Below, in pieces: positions 59,945 through 64,000 of a stretch of 64,000 nucleotides of DNA. Source of the DNA: the human T2T-CHM13v2.0 reference genome, Homo sapiens; NCBI RefSeq assembly GCF_009914755.1, contig NC_060944.1; one strand, given 5' to 3'. The notes beneath the pieces are model-generated. The model ran no database searches and had not been told where the DNA came from. It saw only the letters and a program-made list of their open reading frames with translations. Position numbers and translations under genes: made by a program. Positions within the stretch are counted from its first letter, which is position 1. Every line of letters starts with the position of its first letter.

Positions 59945-60405
59945 CCCTCAAAATGTAGTCCCAGAATCAGCAACACAGGCATCACCTGGAAGCTGGTTGG
60001 AAATACAGTCTCAGGCCCTGCTCCAGACAGGCCGAATCAGAGTCTGCATTTTTTTTTTTTTTTTTTTGAGACAGAGTCTTGCTCTGTTGTCCAGGCTGGA
60101 GTGCAGTGGTGCAATCTCGGCTCACTGCGCTCCACCTCCCAGGTCCAAGCAATTCTCCTGCCTCAGCCTCCTGAGTAGCTGGGATTACAGGCGCCTGCCA
60201 CCGAGTCCGACAAACTTTTGTATTTTTAGTAGAGACAGGGTTTCACCATGTTGGCCAGGCTGGTCTTGAATCCCTGACCTCAGGTGATCTGCCCACCATA
60301 GCCTCCCAAAGTGCTGGGATTACAGGCGTGAGCCACCGTGCCTGGCCAAGAGCCTGCATTTTAACAAGATTCCCAGGTGATACATTGTACCCTGTTTGAG
60401 AAGTG
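59945..60405. mobile_element. MER5A-type MITE with inserted antisense AluS (60048-60347)
   Basis: ctcaaaatgtagtccc...ggcatcacctggaagctggttggaaatacag...tgcattttaacaagattcccaggtgat; TSD agag(t/c)ctgcatttt. Confidence 0.8.
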
Positions 60406-60722
60406 AAGCATAAGGGGGTATTATGAGAATGCCTATTGCACTGTTACTAGTGGGAGCAGGATAGGTAAAGGGAAGGGTAAAACAAGGCAGATGGGCCCAA
60501 GGGGCAGTAATTAGAAGGGGCAGAAGGTACATGAACCAATCTTAAAATCTTAGCATTGAAAAAGAAATGGAATGAGAATACAATTCCTCTTACACAAATT
60601 TAAAAGCATGTCAGCAAAACAAGACAATTTTTGGCAAGAACACATAAAAACGAAAGATAAACAGAATGGAATGAACAACTCTAGGGGCAGGCAAGTGGGA
60701 GTAGGGTATAGAGATAACAGGC

Positions 60723-60728
60723 AATAAA
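60723..60728 (+). terminator. TMEM239: Candidate distal polyA signal of TMEM239 (long 3'UTR)
   Basis: First canonical AATAAA I found by eye downstream of the TMEM239 stop. Confidence 0.5.
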
Positions 60729-60899
60729 GCTAGAGAGCTTGCAGAGGCGAAACGTGATACCATCAACGTAATTCCTGAAATTCCTTTAAAAGTAGAAAAA
60801 GAAGTCCATTTAGAGTTAAAAGGCTTAAAAATGCAAGTCTGGGGAGAATGGGCATGGTGGAAGCCATTCGGTTTGGGCCAAGAAGGGCGAGCCTTCCTA

Positions 60900-62200
60900 T
60901 CGGCCTGTGTGTGACCTGGGCTGCTGGGTGGATGTGTTTGCCGGCCCTCCCCCACCGCACCCCGCAGGCTGCTCTCATGGGATTGGACTGTGGGCCGGGG
61001 ATCCAGCAACAACTTCGGCCTGGCCGGAAAAATAAAGTCAAGGAGAGCATAAGGAACCGGAGCGGAGGCGGTGTCAGCGAGAGGGGCCTTGCGTCTCAGG
61101 AGAGGGGGGATCTACAGCGGTGCACACATGTGCTGGGGGATACCTGGGGTAGGGCTTCCCTCCGCCCCTAGGAACAGGGAAGGCGGCGTCAGGGGGCGCA
61201 AGCTGCTGAGGGGTACCCCTTCAAGAGATGGAGCGCCAGTGGCCACTCAGGAAAGGAGAGGGGTCCCCGAAAGGAAGAAGCCGTGCGACACCCAGGAACC
61301 TCCAAGGGCCAGCTGCGGGACATCGCGAGGGGGGCGCTGTCCTTTAGACTCGTGGGTGCAGAGAAAGGGGGAGGCTAGGAGAGGCCGAGTGGGGCTGGGG
61401 GTGGGGGAGGGACAGCCGGCCACAAGGCATGAGGGAGGAGACAGGGTCGTCAGGGAGGGGAAGGACGCCTGTGCGGCGCGCGCTAGACCAAGGCCCGGGG
61501 GCAGGGACAAGGCCATCGAAGCCGTGGTCACAGACGCGCCGGGAGGGAGGGGGCCACGTCGGGCGGCATGCGTTGAGGCGACAGGAGCGCCTGGTCAGAC
61601 AGCAGCTGCTCTGAGGCGGGGGAAGGCGTGGTGGGGGGTCCCCTGCGGTGGGAACCCTGCGAGGACACCCGGGCCCAGGCGCGCGGAGCGGGGCGAGGGC
61701 GGCAGCTGGAGGGCGTCGAGGCCGGAGCGATGACCCTCGGGCAGAGGGGGACAGGCCAGGGTCTGAGGCTGGGAGAGAAATCCCAAGCCCGGCCCGGTTG
61801 GGAGGCCGTGGGCATCCACACGGGGAATGGCCCGGCCCGGTTGGGAGGCCGTGGGCATCCACACGGGGCATGTGCTGGCGGCCCTGAAGCGCCGATGTCC
61901 CCGGACTCGCCGCACGCGGACTGGGGACCGACAGCGCGCAAGGAGAGCCCTCTGGCTCTGGCAACCAAGGGGCGGGCTTGGCGGGGGTGGGAGGAGAGAG
62001 CGCGGGGAGGGGTGTCCCACAGGCTAAGACTCCAGCACTCGGGGAGGGGCGGGAGGGTAAGAAGAGGGATCTTAGGGCCACTGTCATCACAGTGGCAGCT
62101 TCGTTGACTCTCACCCCTTGCCCCAAATCGCCGGCCTGCCGCCACTTCCCCTCACTAGAGACCCCTAGGCGTCGACGGCAGAGTTCCTGAGAACCCTGGA
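60900..62200. promoter_or_regulatory. Orphan CpG island
   Basis: CpG- and G-rich unique sequence; no convincing coding exon. Confidence 0.7.
61787..61868 (+). repeat. Perfect 39-bp direct duplication (period 43)
   Basis: gcccggcccggttgggaggccgtgggcatccacacgggg at 61787-61825 and 61830-61868. Confidence 0.95.
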
Positions 62201-63032
62201 GAAGGAACGGCCTGATACTGAGCTGGGACTCCGACTCCTGGAACAGCCTGAGCCTGATATTATCCGATGCCCCTGAGGTAAAGAGCTGTCATTTGTGAGG
62301 ATCTGACAGGGTCTGGATGCAGCCACCTTTGGACAAGTTTTTTGGTTTGTTTGTTTTTGTTTTTTTTCTGCTGAGCATTTTCATCTATATTCTGGAGCTC
62401 ATACTTGCATCCTTTGTACTGATTCTGTTACCGACCCTCAAGGGGGTATTTGATCCCAGTGGGGTTTTTTCCCTGCTTGGTGCCGTTCATGCCAATAGAC
62501 TGAGACCAGGTTCGGTTAAGCAGAGCAGAAACTTTATCATTGATCAAGGAATGGAGAAGGGGAGCCTGTGCTCAAAGCACCTTCTTGGGGCGGGGGGGTG
62601 GGGGGGTGGGAGTAGGGCGAAGAGGGATTTGTAAGATGTCTTAGGGCAGTAGGCAGAGCCTGGGGGCGGGGATTCCTGGAAAGATAGGGCTTTCCAGGGA
62701 GAACTGGAGTGTGTGCAGTCTCTCCTTCACTCCAGCACTGCATGTGCCCCGGCAAAGTGCACCTCCACCCCCAATCCCCCAACCCCCCAGGGCGGAGATT
62801 TCAATGTGGTAATGAGGTGAAGATTCAGGTCAGGGTAGCACTGCTGAGCTCCCTTCTCATCTTGTGGCTTGTTTGTGGTTACTGGCTTCCAGCCTCCATT
62901 TTTTAAAGCAAGCACAGCTGTGAACACTGGTTAATTTCACAGGTTTTGGGGCTTGCTGAAAGACTTGGGGTTACTCTGCAGTGACAATTCCCTACCTTGA
63001 AAATATTTTCCATCTTAAAAGAACTTGATTTG

Positions 63033-63720
63033 CTCTCCCTCTCCCGTCTCCCTCTCCCTCTCCCGTCTCCCTCTCCCTCTCCCTCTCCCGTCTCCCTCTC
63101 CCGTCTCCCTCTCCCGTCTCCCTCTCCCTCTCCCGTCTCCCTCTCCCTCTCCCGTCTCCCTCTCCCTCTCCCGTCTCCCTCTCCCTCTCCCGTCTCCCTC
63201 TCCCTCTCCCGTCTCCCTCTCCCTCTCCCGTCTCCCTCTCCCTCTCCCGTCTCCCTCTCCCTCTCCCGTCTCCCTCTCCCTCTCCCGTCTCCCTCTCCCT
63301 CTCCCGTCTCCCTCTCCCTCTCCCGTCTCCCTCTCCCTCTCCCGTCTCCCTCTCCCTCTCCCGTCTCCCTCTCCCTCTCCCGTCTCCCTCTCCCTCTCCC
63401 GTCTCCCTCTCCCTCTCCCGTCTCCCTCTCCCTCTCCCGTCTCCCTCTCCCTCTCCCGTCTCCCTCTCCCTCTCCCGTCTCCCTCTCCCTCTCCCGTCTC
63501 CCTCTCCCTCTCCCGTCTCCCTCTCCCTCTCCCGTCTCCCTCTCCCTCTCCCGTCTCCCTCTCCCTCTCCCGTCTCCCTCTCCCTCTCCCGTCTCCCTCT
63601 CCCTCTCCCTCTCCCTCTCCCTCTCCCTCTCCCTCTCCCTCTCCCTCTCCCTCTCCCTCTCCCTCTCCCTCTCCCTCTCCCTCTCCGTCTCCGTCTCCGT
63701 CTCCGTCTCCGTCTCCGTCT
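63033..63720 (+). repeat. Composite SVA hexamer array: 19-mer x ~29, (CCCTCT)15, (CCGTCT)6
   Basis: Read directly from the sequence; the 19-aa periodicity of the translated ORFs confirms the 19-nt unit. Confidence 0.95.
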
Positions 63721-64000
63721 CCCTCCACGGTCTCCCTCTCAAGCCGAGCCAAAGCTGGACGGTACTGCTGCCATCTCGGCTCACTGCAACCTCCCTGCCT
63801 GATTCTCCTGCCTCAGCCTGCCGAGTGCCTGCGATTGCAGGCGCGCGCCGCCACGCCTGACTGGTTTTCGTTTTTTTTTGGTGGAGATGGGGTTTCGCTG
63901 TGTTGGCCGGGCTGCTCTCCAGCTCCTAACCGCGAGTGATCCGCCAGCCTCGGCCTCCCGAGGTGCCGGGATTGCAGATGAAGTCTCGTTCACTCAGTGC
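63033..64000 (+). mobile_element. SVA retrotransposon 5' end (young, SVA_E/F-like); continues past the window
   Basis: (CCCTCT)n head, then ccctccacggtctccctct and the Alu-like domain gccgagccaaagctggacggtactgctgcc...gcgcgcgccgccacgcctgactgg with CpGs largely intact. Preceded by a tt/aaaa L1 endonuclease site. Confidence 0.95.

Noticed and set aside
61071-62145. 205-260-aa ORFs in the distal CpG island
   Set aside because: Same GC-content artefact; the repeated peptide reflects the 39-bp duplication.
63033-63720. CRISPR-like array or prokaryotic system
   Set aside because: Tandem repeats without unique spacers; the window is primate DNA with no cas or other bacterial genes.
62903-63939. Four long ORFs (245-304 aa) on both strands
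   Set aside because: They are translations of the stop-free SVA hexamer array, with non-ATG starts and low complexity; not genes.

Overview
Human (primate) genomic DNA, recognisable as the chr20p13 interval EBF4(3' end)-RPL19 pseudogene-CPXM1-C20orf141-TMEM239. The only ORF-track hits I accept as protein-coding are CPXM1, C20orf141 and TMEM239. CPXM1 is on the minus strand with 14 coding exons, which I reassembled by hand into an intact 734-aa ORF with GT-AG junctions. C20orf141 is on the plus strand (165 aa). TMEM239 is on the plus strand (152 or 195 aa). Bases ~1.8-34 kb are an intergenic stretch of nested L1, Alu, MLT and ERVL remnants containing a processed RPL19 pseudogene. A deleted two-LTR ERV1 provirus (tRNA-Ile PBS, gag remnant) sits head-to-head against the CPXM1 CpG-island promoter. 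A solo LTR14B is nested in an Alu, and a young SVA with a ~690-nt composite hexamer head starts at the right edge. I see no clear new multi-gene system. The best leads are (i) a 2-donor x 2-acceptor splice matrix at TMEM239 that could reach all three reading frames, plus possible C20orf141 read-through, (ii) the ERV1 LTR apparently absorbed into the CPXM1 promoter, and (iii) the expanded SVA hexamer. Repeat subfamily names come from recalled consensus sequences, and repeat boundaries are approximate.
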